A DNA stretch of 64,000 nucleotides. Origin: Gemmatales bacterium (GTDB lineage: Bacteria > Planctomycetota > Planctomycetia > Gemmatales > HRBIN36). Below the pieces are notes generated by a model. That model had not been told where the DNA came from and ran no database searches. It was given only the letters and a program-made list of their open reading frames with translations. Each line of letters opens with the position of its first letter. The stretch's first letter is position 1. The DNA is taken from contig JBEPZY010000001.1 in NCBI GenBank assembly GCA_041640595.1, positions 1 through 64,000 of the forward strand. The letters are read 5' to 3'. Shown piece after piece: positions 49,214 to 59,242 of the stretch. The position numbers and the translations under genes are program-made.

Positions 49214-49870
49214 ATGACTCCCGAACTCGCCGCTTTTCTCGCTAATCTGATACTGATTCTGCACGCGCTGCTGGCGACCTTCGTTGTGGGCGGCTGGCTG
49301 GTGACCGTGGTCGGCGGATTGTGCCGCTGGCAGTGGGTGCGGAGTTTCTGGTTTCGCGTAATTCACCTGCTGGTCGTCGGCGTGATCGTTCTGGAATCGG
49401 TCTTTGGTATGGTATGCCCGCTCACCAGATGGGAGGAACAGTTGCGTAGCCTGGCGGGGCAAGAGGGGACGGACGAGCTGGAACAGCTCGGTTTTCTGCT
49501 GTACTACCTGCGACGGATTTTGTTCCTGCCGGATCACTGGGAGTGGAGCCAGACGGTATTGATGTGGGTGTATATCGCGTTCGGCGTGGGTGTGCTGGCC
49601 ACCTGGATTTTCTTCCCGCCTCGCTGGTCCCGGCAGCGATTCGGTGTGGGAAAGCCTCCTTCGGATGCGCTGAATGCGGGGAAGGCTGCTTCGGATATGC
49701 CAAACCCCGAAAAGCCTGGCTCCAATGCGTTGAATGGCGGAAAGCCTGCATCGGATGAGCGGAACGCGGGAAGGTCTGTGTCTGATACGCCGAATGCTGG
49801 AAAGCCTGGTTCGGATGCGCTCACGAACACCGCCGCACCCAGCCATCATCCGCTTCCGAGCCAAACCTGA
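49214..49870 (+). CDS. DUF2784-like membrane protein with repetitive C-terminal tail
   Basis: FRVIHL..CPLTRWE..LR and three TM segments. Confidence 0.8.
   Translation: MTPELAAFLANLILILHALLATFVVGGWLVTVVGGLCRWQWVRSFWFRVIHLLVVGVIVLESVFGMVCPLTRWEEQLRSLAGQEGTDELEQLGFLLYYLRRILFLPDHWEWSQTVLMWVYIAFGVGVLATWIFFPPRWSRQRFGVGKPPSDALNAGKAASDMPNPEKPGSNALNGGKPASDERNAGRSVSDTPNAGKPGSDALTNTAAPSHHPLPSQT
49649..49828 (+). repeat. Six 30-bp coding repeats (GKPxSDxxNA)
   Basis: GKPPSDALNA GKAASDMPNP EKPGSNALNG GKPASDERNA GRSVSDTPNA GKPGSDALTN. Confidence 0.85.
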
Positions 49871-49938
49871 TCGCTCGCGGCAGGGCTTATACACCGCTCG
49901 GACAAGGCGGTTCGACTATGAGCACAAAAAGCGCGATG

Positions 49939-52662
49939 TCATGGGGCCAGCACTTCGTACCAGAGAGTTTGCCATTGCGGGCCGAGCGTAAGGACAGCTT
50001 GACCGCCTGCATCGCTGGCAACGTGTAGCTCGGTCTTGCGCTGCCCACGTTCGTCCAACGCCCAGGCTTGCACGCCCCTGGCAGGCAAGGGCAGGGTAAT
50101 GACTGCTGAGACACCTTCCACCAGGGTAGGTGGTCGGCCCCAATCGCGCCCGCAACTCGATTTGGGTGGATAGCCCGCGAGGTCTTTCCAGCCTATACCC
50201 GTGTTCTCCACATAACCGGTGGCGGTAATGAGTAACCGGGTTGGGCCACGCCGGGGCTTTGCGATGGATGATGGCAGCGAACCTTCCATCACCGTAACCG
50301 AGATCGCGCACCAGCCGTCCTGGATGGTGTCTGCGGGCCGGATCACCACGCCGCCCAGGTCGTACACTTTGTCAGCTGCAAACCCAATAACTGCTTTACT
50401 GCGGGTGGAGTTGACAGTCACCACACCCCGTCTCTGGTGCCATCCTTGTCCGCGCTCTGTCAAATCCCAAATCAGTTCCCCGGTGTCCGAAACGACTCGG
50501 TCACGGGGAAGTGTCAGCTGCTCGGGCCGAAGTGCGGAGGGCGGCCGGGACGTGTTACCCGCGGCGATGGCTACGCGATGCACGAGAGCTGCTTGCCGGG
50601 GAACACCGAGATGGCCGGCGTGCACCAGCACCCATGGCTCAGACCGCCGTAGCAACTCGATTTCGCGATCTTTCGTAAGACTGACTACCACTTCCGAATT
50701 TGCGGGCCGCACGTCGCCGCGTACGAACATGGCTACTGCAGGTATCAGCGTGACCATTTTGGTGGGGTGCTGAGCGATGTCGAAGAAGTTGCCGATATAC
50801 CGCAAATCTCGCATATTCCAGTGTGCGTATGAGTAGGCATACACCGCGTCCCAATCTTGCAGGGCGGCATAAGCCGCTAACAGAAGATAGCCCTCGCTCG
50901 AATAAGTGTTCGGTGCGGGATGACTGTATTCGGTAACTGAATGAGGTTTGCCCCGAACACGGCGCAAGGCAATATCCGACAGGATCCCGCCCGGTTCGCT
51001 GACCATGCTTCGGTTGGGTACCGCCCAGTCATCGTGCTTCTCCCAAGCTCCTGGCGGCGGAGTAAAAAAGATGGGATGTTGCCAGTAGGCGTGGGTGTCC
51101 ACGCAGTCGAGGGCCGCCATCAAGTTTGGTGTGCTGCAGCCCACGATGGTACCCATCACGAGTGCCTGCACTTTCAACTCCTCCTTGAGGTAACGGTACA
51201 TGGATTGCCAGTAGTGCTCTTCTGTTTCCCAGAGGAAGCGGAGCCAATCACGCTGGGCTAACTGGTGGTGCAGGCAAAAACGACTACGGAGAACCGTTGG
51301 AACGGTTCCGTCCTCCAGGCGTTGATTACCTGGCAATTCGAGATCGCCCCCAGGACGCAAAGATGGTGCGGCCAACCAGTATGTCGTGGCTTGCCTACTC
51401 AGGTTGCTAAACATCAGACGGACATTCTCATCGCCCATCACAGGGACGACGCATATTCGAAACTCTCGCCATTCCTGGGTAAGTTGCACATCACCGCAAA
51501 AGGCGAGATGCTGCCAGGGTTCGTGAGCCTGAGTCAGGCTAACGCTTACGGCGCAGGGTTGAGATGCTTTCGCCCAGAAGGTGACCGTGTAGGGCCGATC
51601 GCCTTGCACTTTTAGGTTGCGCTGATGGAGCAGGACGTGCCAGCTTTCTCGGCCAGGCTTGGTGACATGAATGCGAAGAACCCGCCCTTTGTCCGGGTCT
51701 CTGACCAGTTCTGCGTGAGCTTCGGCGTCGCCGTGGCGTTCCAGAATCCAGTGCTGCAGACCAGCACGGAAATCGGTGTTTACAAGCATCTCCTGGCCTA
51801 ACGGTTCCCGCATGTTCCAGGTCAGCCGCAACCGTTCACTGCTGCCGTAACGCCTTTTGAGCCATCCGTTCCAGCGACTTTGCAACTCGCGTAAGAAAAC
51901 TTCAGGCAGCCTGTCTAGTGCTCCGCTGAGCCAGGCATGCAACAGTCCGTTTTCATTGTTAATCTCCACGAAGGCTACAGCTGGGTCTTCCGCGTAGCTT
52001 AGCCCGGTATAAGTATTGCGATGGGCAAGCAGTTTCCGAGCGTATTCCTTTTCGAGAGCCAGGCATGGTTCATAGAAGCAACCTAAAACCCGCCGCACCT
52101 GCTTGTCAACTTGCTCGATTTCTTTAGGCAAGCCATCATGTGCGCTGAAGGACCGATCGACCAGCAGATTCACATTGACATAAATGCCCTGACGACGCAA
52201 CTGAGCGACGAGATAGTCAAGTCGGTCCAGGGCTTCCGGATCAAGCTCCCGCGTATTGGCGACCTGCCGCTTCAAGATTCCTTCGGGAAAGCGCATCATG
52301 TCCAGATGATGCAACCGCACCAGGTTGATGCCGAACTTGGCCAATCGTGCCGCTATCTTTTCGGCATCTTCCTTGGGCGGAAAATTCGCGCCGAAACACA
52401 GGTTGACACCAAAAAAGCGAATTCGCTGATCGCCTGCGTAAAGGTGGCCATCGGCAGCGGCGCGTATCGGCCCAAACTTGCCGGCAGGTTTGTGCAACCA
52501 ATGGCTCAGGTTGGCAACTGAAGGCGCAGCATCGTCCCAGGGCAGTACAAAGGGAAAAAGTTTCGTTGTTCTATTGGTCGGCGACCGAGGGTCTTGCTTG
52601 GTGGCGCAAACGCTCACACCCACAGCCAGCACGCATCCGAGCCAAAGCAGGGCGTTTCGCAT
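49939..52662 (-). CDS. Secreted clan GH-A (GH5-like) glycoside hydrolase with inserted CBM4/9-like domain
   Basis: RFFGVN, GINLVRLHH, EINNE (acid/base), HAYWQHP and VTEY (nucleophile); CBM-like YTVTFWAKA. Start at 52662 or 52677. Confidence 0.82.
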   Translation of the reverse strand: MRNALLWLGCVLAVGVSVCATKQDPRSPTNRTTKLFPFVLPWDDAAPSVANLSHWLHKPAGKFGPIRAAADGHLYAGDQRIRFFGVNLCFGANFPPKEDAEKIAARLAKFGINLVRLHHLDMMRFPEGILKRQVANTRELDPEALDRLDYLVAQLRRQGIYVNVNLLVDRSFSAHDGLPKEIEQVDKQVRRVLGCFYEPCLALEKEYARKLLAHRNTYTGLSYAEDPAVAFVEINNENGLLHAWLSGALDRLPEVFLRELQSRWNGWLKRRYGSSERLRLTWNMREPLGQEMLVNTDFRAGLQHWILERHGDAEAHAELVRDPDKGRVLRIHVTKPGRESWHVLLHQRNLKVQGDRPYTVTFWAKASQPCAVSVSLTQAHEPWQHLAFCGDVQLTQEWREFRICVVPVMGDENVRLMFSNLSRQATTYWLAAPSLRPGGDLELPGNQRLEDGTVPTVLRSRFCLHHQLAQRDWLRFLWETEEHYWQSMYRYLKEELKVQALVMGTIVGCSTPNLMAALDCVDTHAYWQHPIFFTPPPGAWEKHDDWAVPNRSMVSEPGGILSDIALRRVRGKPHSVTEYSHPAPNTYSSEGYLLLAAYAALQDWDAVYAYSYAHWNMRDLRYIGNFFDIAQHPTKMVTLIPAVAMFVRGDVRPANSEVVVSLTKDREIELLRRSEPWVLVHAGHLGVPRQAALVHRVAIAAGNTSRPPSALRPEQLTLPRDRVVSDTGELIWDLTERGQGWHQRRGVVTVNSTRSKAVIGFAADKVYDLGGVVIRPADTIQDGWCAISVTVMEGSLPSSIAKPRRGPTRLLITATGYVENTGIGWKDLAGYPPKSSCGRDWGRPPTLVEGVSAVITLPLPARGVQAWALDERGQRKTELHVASDAGGQAVLTLGPQWQTLWYEVLAP

Positions 52663-53268
52663 CGTCGTAATCTTCATAGATCGCGCAGTCTTCTGAGTGC
52701 CGATAATTGTCGCCCGGAGCAGAAAGGGCATCTTGGCCGTGGAGATGATACTCGGCGATACCCTCTGGGCAAGGCCATACACGTCTCCCAGAGATGATAA
52801 CTTACAGCGTCGACTGCCAGCAGCACTCCCGACCAAGCCTTGCGTGCATAACTTGGCCTCCAGCCCCACACGAATCCGATCCTATAACGGCTGGCCTATT
52901 CCAGCCGACGCCCGAAGGACTAACGACTGGCGAAAGTTGCGGACTCTGGAACTCACGTCAGCCAGGCACTACTATGCAACTCCGCCGCACACCGAACAAC
53001 TGGCGAAAGTTGCATACTGCGTGGCGCACTGCGACAGCAGGCCTACTGTGCCCGAGGCTCCTGGCAGACTCTCCGCTTCGACGGACAACTGCTGATGCAG
53101 GAAACTGACACTCGCCGCTTTTTGTCAGGCGTTCGTTTGTCGCGGGTTGGCAGATTCCGTGGCAAACGCGATTTGCGGATCACGAAAGGCTCACAGCTGC
53201 CACGTCGGTCGGAGTTTCGCCTCTGGAATCTGCTAAGCGTCAACCCGCTGTAACCGCAGGTAATCGGT

Positions 53269-53475
53269 TCAGTTACCATTCTTATAGGCACTGCCGCCCT
53301 TTCCTGGTTCGTTGCCAGGCGAAGGGTGAGGGGACTCTCCGGGCGGATTGAGCGCTCCCGGTGGGATTTGTTTCAATATGTCGTCAACAGGCTTCGGCCA
53401 ATCCCGGTCGGGACGATAAGTCCTCGTTTCCCCCGGCAGTTCCTTACTCGTTTTGCGAAGCTGCTCTTTGGACAT
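53269..53475 (-). CDS. Small Pro-rich hypothetical peptide
   Basis: ATG after GGAGA-TGAGA; overlaps the end of the DUF6338-like gene. Confidence 0.45.
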   Translation of the reverse strand: MSKEQLRKTSKELPGETRTYRPDRDWPKPVDDILKQIPPGALNPPGESPHPSPGNEPGKGGSAYKNGN

Positions 53476-54025
53476 TCTCATCTCCCGTTTTAGCACCGAC
53501 AAATTTTATGGCAACAATCTGGCTACCGTCTATCCATAAACCTGTTGTCTGACGATCAACGTGCCAGCGTCCCTCTAAGTCCTGACTCAGAATTCCTTCC
53601 AGTGGTAAGTCTCGCCTGTCTGGATCCGAAGAGGCCCGGGAGTTAATACCATAGATCCCGCGAATGACCGTACCGTCTTTCAACACAGTCACCACAAAGC
53701 ACGGTTCCCTTTGCATCCAGAAAGCGGCATCCCAAGCGGTGGCTGGCAAGGGCAGGAAGGAGGATAGTTTTTCTCTATAGCGATTAGCTGTTATACCTAG
53801 AACGAACCCGACGAGAATCGGTAAGACCAAGCCTGTCAGCCAAAACGGCAGACCCAGGAGTCGCAACGCCGCAAATAATGAACCAGACGCCAGGTAGGTT
53901 AGGATTGCCTGGTTGGTTTCCCACCGCAGGAAAGGAATGAATTTCCGAAGAACAGCCGACAACACGAAACCGGGAACCAGCCAGCTAATCGCGACCTCCA
54001 GAGCTTCTCGGGTTTCAATGTTCAT
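53444..54025 (-). CDS. DUF6338-like membrane protein
   Basis: LVPGF, three TM segments, TAWD..F, LKDG..I.G.YG..S.ASS and DL.LE. Confidence 0.7.
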   Translation of the reverse strand: MNIETREALEVAISWLVPGFVLSAVLRKFIPFLRWETNQAILTYLASGSLFAALRLLGLPFWLTGLVLPILVGFVLGITANRYREKLSSFLPLPATAWDAAFWMQREPCFVVTVLKDGTVIRGIYGINSRASSDPDRRDLPLEGILSQDLEGRWHVDRQTTGLWIDGSQIVAIKFVGAKTGDENVQRAASQNE

Positions 54026-54108
54026 GTTCTTGACCTTAGTGGCGCCTCAGCATCTCGAAGCTTCCAGTCCTCAACGGTCTGTTTCGGAAGGTGTGGTGGC
54101 GGTTTGGG

Positions 54109-54813
54109 TTATTCGGTGAGGTAGAGGATGCGGCCACAACTTTTGCAAATGACGGGTCGGTTGAGGCGGAGGTCCTGCAACATCTGCAAAGTGGTTTCGG
54201 TGAAACAGCCCATGCAACTGCCGTGTTCTACTGGGGCCAGGGCTTCGTGCGCTTTACTGCGTACCAGGCGCTGATAGACCTCCTGTAACTCCTGGGGGAG
54301 TTCGGCCTCCAGTCGGGCCAGTTCGGCTCGAGCTTGCTGCAAACGTTCCTGTATGAGCCGGAGACGTTCGGCCCGGGATTGTTCCAGCTGCGCGAGTTCG
54401 GAGCGAAGCGTTTGGACAGCCTGCTCGCGTTCGGGTAACTCCTGCTGTCGGCGTTCGAGTTTGTCTATGAGGTCGAGCATTTCGTCTTCCAGAACGCTGA
54501 GCTGGATGCGAGCGCTTTCGAGTTGATTTTGCAGGGCCTGGAACTCGCGGGCTGTGGCAGCCGACTGAATCTGGCGTTGCCAGCGAGTCATTTTTTCGTG
54601 GAGCTGCTTTTCGGTAACTTCGCGATCGTGAAGGGCAACCTTGAGCTGACGGATTTCTTCCTGCAATTGCTGGAGTTGCTTTTCGCGGTCCTGGAGCTGG
54701 CTTTGCAGGCGAGTAATGGCGCGCTGGCTTTCGTCAATTTCCTGACTGAGCAAATGGATGCGTTGCTGGGCTTCGTGGAGAGCGCGTAATAAAGCCGACA
54801 AGCTCCCGCTCAT
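54109..54813 (-). CDS. Coiled-coil + C4 zinc-ribbon protein (DUF164/CT398-like)
   Basis: Long coiled coil ending in CMGC..CKSCGRIL; usual neighbour of rpoD. Confidence 0.88.
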   Translation of the reverse strand: MSGSLSALLRALHEAQQRIHLLSQEIDESQRAITRLQSQLQDREKQLQQLQEEIRQLKVALHDREVTEKQLHEKMTRWQRQIQSAATAREFQALQNQLESARIQLSVLEDEMLDLIDKLERRQQELPEREQAVQTLRSELAQLEQSRAERLRLIQERLQQARAELARLEAELPQELQEVYQRLVRSKAHEALAPVEHGSCMGCFTETTLQMLQDLRLNRPVICKSCGRILYLTE

Positions 54814-54939
54814 TGCTGGCACGGCTCCTGATCGGTTGTCAAGGTGCAGAAGTGCTGGCCGGCAGAGGCGCGGGAGTCTTTCCCTGGCCGAGTTGCCCAG
54901 CCGCTGTCGTTTCCCGGCGGGGCGATGTGCCAAAGCTGC

Positions 54940-56589
54940 TCAGCGGCGCAGCTGGTCGAGGAATCCTTCCAGTTGACGGCTGCGTGCCGGATGTTGCAGT
55001 TTGCGGACAGCTTTGGCCTCGATCTGCCGGACACGTTCCCGCGTTACCTTGAAGATGCGGCCGACCTCCTCCAGAGTGTAAGTATATCCATCTCCCAGGC
55101 CGTAGCGGAGCTTGATGATCTCGCGCTCACGGTAGGTGAGGGTTTTGAGCACCTGTTCGATTTTCTGACGGAGCATTTCGTGAGTAGCGCTCTGCCAGGG
55201 GCACGGGGCACCTTCATCCGGCAGAAACTCGCCGAAATAACTTTCCTCTCCCTCGCCAATCGGTCGGTCCAGGCTGACCGGCTGCCGATTCACCTGCAGT
55301 ACCTGGCGGGCCTCTTCGACTGGAACCTGAGCAGCGTCGGCGATTTCTTCGATGGTAGGCTCCCGGCCGAGTTGCTGATACAGCTGCCGCTGGGCGTTGC
55401 GGAGCTTTTGCATGGTTTCCACCATGTGAACGGGGATGCGGATGGTGCGAGCCTGGTCGGCAATGGCGCGGGTGATAGCCTGGCGAATCCACCAGGTGGC
55501 ATAGGTACTGAATTTGTAGCCGCGGCGGTATTCGTATTTATCCACGGCTCGCATCAGGCCGGTGTTGCCCTCCTGAATCAGATCGAGGAAACTCAGACCA
55601 CGGTTGCGATAGCGTTTGGCAATCGAAACGACCAATCGCAAATTCCCATCGGCCAGCTGGCGCTTGGCCGATTCGTATTCTTCAAACCGCCGACGAATGA
55701 TCTGCACGCGCAGGCGTAAACTTGCCGGCGTCTCCAGCGTCATCAGCATCAGGTCGCGCAACTCGGCTTCCAGGTTGGCGCGATCCTCACCCGTATTGCC
55801 ACGCTCACGAAGGCGGTTGATTTCCGCCTCCAGCTCATCCATCCGCTGGCTGATCTGCTCCAGCCGTTTCATAAGCGGCTGCAGACGCTGGGTTCGGATG
55901 CTGAGTTCCTCGACCAGGCGGACACATTTGCGGCGGCGCAGACGAATCTGTCTGCGTAATTGCCGCACTTCCTCCTCGCTCAGCCGCGGGTCGAGGCTCC
56001 GAGTGAAATCTTCCACGTTCTGCTGCATCAAAAATTCCAGCGTCCGCAAGTTGTGCGGCATGCGATGCAGAATCTGGTCTTTCTCCAGATTCTCCGTCAG
56101 CGAAGTTTTCATGGTGCGGTCGAAGGGCAACTCGCCGTGATGCACGCGCTTGAGGGTTTCGACTACCGTGGACAGAGCATAGTCGTTTTCCAGAACTTTC
56201 TGGCGGAAACGATTGCGGGTGATCTCGATGCGTCGAGCCAGGGCAATTTCCTGCTCACGGGTCAGCAAAGGAATTTGACCCATCTGGCTCAGGTACATGC
56301 GAACCGGATCACTGCCGCGGGGAAACTCGCCTTCTTCTTCGAGCAGGTGGTGTTCGAGTTCTTCCGTAACAAAGCCGTCCTCGTCGTCGGCAAGCCGGTC
56401 ACGCTCTTCCGCTTCGCTTTCGTCAATCAGTTCGATGCCGTGCTTTTCCAGCAGAAGCAGCAACTGATCGAGTTTGTCAGCACTGGCATAGTCTTCGGGC
56501 AACAACTCGTTGACCTGCGTGTAGGTAAGGTAGCCCTTGCGTTTGCCCATTTCGATCAACGGTTTGAGCGACGCATCGAGTTTCTGCAT
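54940..56589 (-). CDS. rpoD: Primary sigma factor RpoD
   Basis: Region 1.1 [36 protein letters not shown] and TRERVRQIE. Confidence 0.97.
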   Translation of the reverse strand: MQKLDASLKPLIEMGKRKGYLTYTQVNELLPEDYASADKLDQLLLLLEKHGIELIDESEAEERDRLADDEDGFVTEELEHHLLEEEGEFPRGSDPVRMYLSQMGQIPLLTREQEIALARRIEITRNRFRQKVLENDYALSTVVETLKRVHHGELPFDRTMKTSLTENLEKDQILHRMPHNLRTLEFLMQQNVEDFTRSLDPRLSEEEVRQLRRQIRLRRRKCVRLVEELSIRTQRLQPLMKRLEQISQRMDELEAEINRLRERGNTGEDRANLEAELRDLMLMTLETPASLRLRVQIIRRRFEEYESAKRQLADGNLRLVVSIAKRYRNRGLSFLDLIQEGNTGLMRAVDKYEYRRGYKFSTYATWWIRQAITRAIADQARTIRIPVHMVETMQKLRNAQRQLYQQLGREPTIEEIADAAQVPVEEARQVLQVNRQPVSLDRPIGEGEESYFGEFLPDEGAPCPWQSATHEMLRQKIEQVLKTLTYREREIIKLRYGLGDGYTYTLEEVGRIFKVTRERVRQIEAKAVRKLQHPARSRQLEGFLDQLRR

Positions 56590-56796
56590 GAAATCCCTCC
56601 TCTCTGTTATTTATCGAGCACGGAAAGCGTGAGTGGTGGTATATCGTTGTCAGTGCTTGGAAGCTCGGCCATTGTACCTGGGTGCAAGTGTCATTGGTTC
56701 CAGGTCGCATCACAGCGTCCCTGTCTGCCTCCGTGCCGTGTCAGGTGTTCAGGTCATTTCAGAGTGGGTAGCTGGCTACGGTTTGAGCCTGGCCGG

Positions 56797-58602
56797 CTAC
56801 CGCGAAGGGAGAGAATGACCCTGCTGAATTTGCCGCAAAAGTTCGGTAGGCGGCGGAGCGTCGCTGTCGAGGTGGCGCAGTTGTTCCTGGAGCTGCTGGC
56901 GGAGTCGCTGAGCGCGGCGTTGCTGAAAAGCCGCCAGCAATTCCCGGAGCCAGCCGCCGCGATCCTGCAACATCTGTCCCCGGTCATGCAGGCGCAGCAA
57001 ATATTGCTCCAGCCGTGGCCGGTCGGCAAACTCCTGCCGCAACCGATCCACGGTCGGTTCCGTGCCGGCTTCCGCCAGTGCATACATTCGCCGCAGCACT
57101 TGCCGCAATCCACGGTGTTGAATCTCCGATAGCGGCACAGCCTGGCGTACCTGAGAAATCAGCGAAGGTTCCGCCAGCAGGATTTCAAGCAACTGCCGTT
57201 CCAGAGGATCCACGCTCACCTGGCGAAGCGGCGGTTCTTCCGGATTGGCCGGAATGCGGTGGATCTGACAGTACCATTGTTGCAGCCGTTGCCACAAAGT
57301 AGTTTCGCTGGCACCGGTGCGGCGAGCTAATTGGGCAATAGCCAGTTCGCGTTTCACCTGCGTGGTGGGCGATCCACGAGCCGGCAGCCGGGCCAGCACT
57401 TGCAATACGCGATCCACAGCCAGGCGTCGGCCTTCGAGGGTAGCCAGAGCCGAAGGGGTCAGTTCCTGACGGAGTTTGTATTCGAGGGCGTCCACTGCCT
57501 GGCGCAGTATCTGCTCGAAAGCTTCCCGTCCGTGCGTTTGCAGAAAATCGCAAGGATCGAGTCCTGCAGGGAGCTGGGCAATGGCCAGTTCGATGTCGTG
57601 TTCGAGGAATAATTGCAGAGCCTGTTCGACGCCGCGGTCTCCACCGCTATCCGCATCAAAAACCAGCACCACGCGGGGCACGAACCGCTTCAGTTGTTGC
57701 AAATGCGAGGCATTTAGCGCTGTACCGAGTGTCGCCACCACAGTTCGACAACCGTGCTGGTGCGCCATCAGCACGTCGGTATAACCTTCCACCACGGCCA
57801 GATAACCAGCCTGTTCGGCCAGTTCTCGCGCCCGGTCCAACCCGTACAAATGCTCGCTTTTGCGAAAAATGGGGGAATCGGCAGAGTTGTAATACTTGGG
57901 CAGGCGTTCTTCCGCTTCCATTCCGGGCAAAACCCGGCCACCAAAAGCCACAGTCCTGCCCCGCACGTCTCGAATCGGAAACAGAATCCGCCCGCGAAAA
58001 CGGTCAAACGGCGCACCATCGGACTCCCGTTGTCCACACAGCCCAACTGTCACCAACTGTTCCATCGTCCAACCGACACGCAAGGCCCGTCGTGCCAACC
58101 AGTCCCATTCCGGCGGGGCAAAACCGATGCCGAACTCCAGCAGCGTTTCCTTTTGCAAACGCCGGGCCGACAAGTATTCGCGGGCCACTTGCGCACGCGG
58201 CGATTCCCACAGGAATCGGCGGTATTGTTCTTCGGCCCAGCGCATCAGCTCATACCAGGCGTTGCGTTCCTGATCACGCTGTGGATTACCCCAACGAGGC
58301 GTGATCCCGGCCCGCCGGGCCAGCATTTCTACGGCTTCGCGGAAACTGCAACGCTCTCGTTCCTGCACAAAGGTGATGACATCGCCATACTTGCCGCACG
58401 CCCAGCAGCGAAACCGTTGCCGCACCGGATCCACATCCAGCGAGGGGTGATGGTCATCGTGGAACGGACATAGCCCTTTATAGGTTCGTCCCTGGCGCCG
58501 AAGGGGCAAATATTCGCGAACCACCTCAACAATGTCGTTAGCTTGTTTGACCTGGGCGATTAAGTCCTCGGCCACGGTGCGCTCCAATTGATGAGCAACC
58601 AC
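56797..58602 (-). CDS. dnaG: DNA primase
   Basis: CPFHDD..CWAC zinc finger, FGGR, KYYNS, VEGYTD, FDAD and DP.D. Confidence 0.97.
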   Translation of the reverse strand: MVAHQLERTVAEDLIAQVKQANDIVEVVREYLPLRRQGRTYKGLCPFHDDHHPSLDVDPVRQRFRCWACGKYGDVITFVQERERCSFREAVEMLARRAGITPRWGNPQRDQERNAWYELMRWAEEQYRRFLWESPRAQVAREYLSARRLQKETLLEFGIGFAPPEWDWLARRALRVGWTMEQLVTVGLCGQRESDGAPFDRFRGRILFPIRDVRGRTVAFGGRVLPGMEAEERLPKYYNSADSPIFRKSEHLYGLDRARELAEQAGYLAVVEGYTDVLMAHQHGCRTVVATLGTALNASHLQQLKRFVPRVVLVFDADSGGDRGVEQALQLFLEHDIELAIAQLPAGLDPCDFLQTHGREAFEQILRQAVDALEYKLRQELTPSALATLEGRRLAVDRVLQVLARLPARGSPTTQVKRELAIAQLARRTGASETTLWQRLQQWYCQIHRIPANPEEPPLRQVSVDPLERQLLEILLAEPSLISQVRQAVPLSEIQHRGLRQVLRRMYALAEAGTEPTVDRLRQEFADRPRLEQYLLRLHDRGQMLQDRGGWLRELLAAFQQRRAQRLRQQLQEQLRHLDSDAPPPTELLRQIQQGHSLPSR

Positions 58603-59242
58603 CCTGCGCTTGCTCCATGCGCTTGCAGCAGGCAGCTCGGCAAGTAACCGGCAGCCCGCTTATGCATTGCCAGCCTCCATGCCAGCAGTGGCTCGGACAC
58701 TTGTGCTATCATCCTATTGATGCCTGAGCAGGCTCCAACCCATCGAACTCAGGCCCACACCTCTCGCAAGCTCGGCCAATTATAAGGTTGCTCCCGATCA
58801 CGGTCAAGCCGAACAACTTTTGCCCGGCTAGACTCACCACTAAAGCAACCCTGGCTCGCTTTCAGTTGCCGCGGCCCTTACCGGCCCGCTCCCAGTTATT
58901 GCTCCCGCTGCGATGATGCTTGTGCGATATTTCCGAGCATTAGAAATGGGCTGCCGACCACATATCCGGATGCAACCAACACCGAACGGGCAGCCGCTTC
59001 AACGTCATTCAGAGGTTGCAAATGGACTGCCAGTCGCACATCCGCGTGCAGCACGTTGAGTTTGCGATTACTGCAGCGAGATTGTTCTGCCCGCTGCCCA
59101 TCGAACAGCAGGGCGCAGCTTCGCTTGCCTGCACGCAAATGCAACACCATTTACGAACGGTCACCAGATAAGCCGTGTTACAGAAGCGGCTTGATTCACC
59201 TGTTTGCTGGTGAAGCGCGACTGGCGACTGGTTGTGCGGTCT

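Noticed and set aside
53161..53230. c-di-GMP-I riboswitch (GGCAAAC seed) or integron attC site
   Set aside because: It lacks the GNRA P2 loop and GCAAA..CUAA arrangement, and the GTT/AAC core sites are in the wrong order for attC.
54844..57132. Long plus-strand ORFs (291 and 390 aa)
   Set aside because: Antisense shadows of rpoD and dnaG.
58610..59240. Long intergenic region upstream of dnaG as an ncRNA or small gene
   Set aside because: No recognisable tRNA or ncRNA motif and no convincing ORF by eye.
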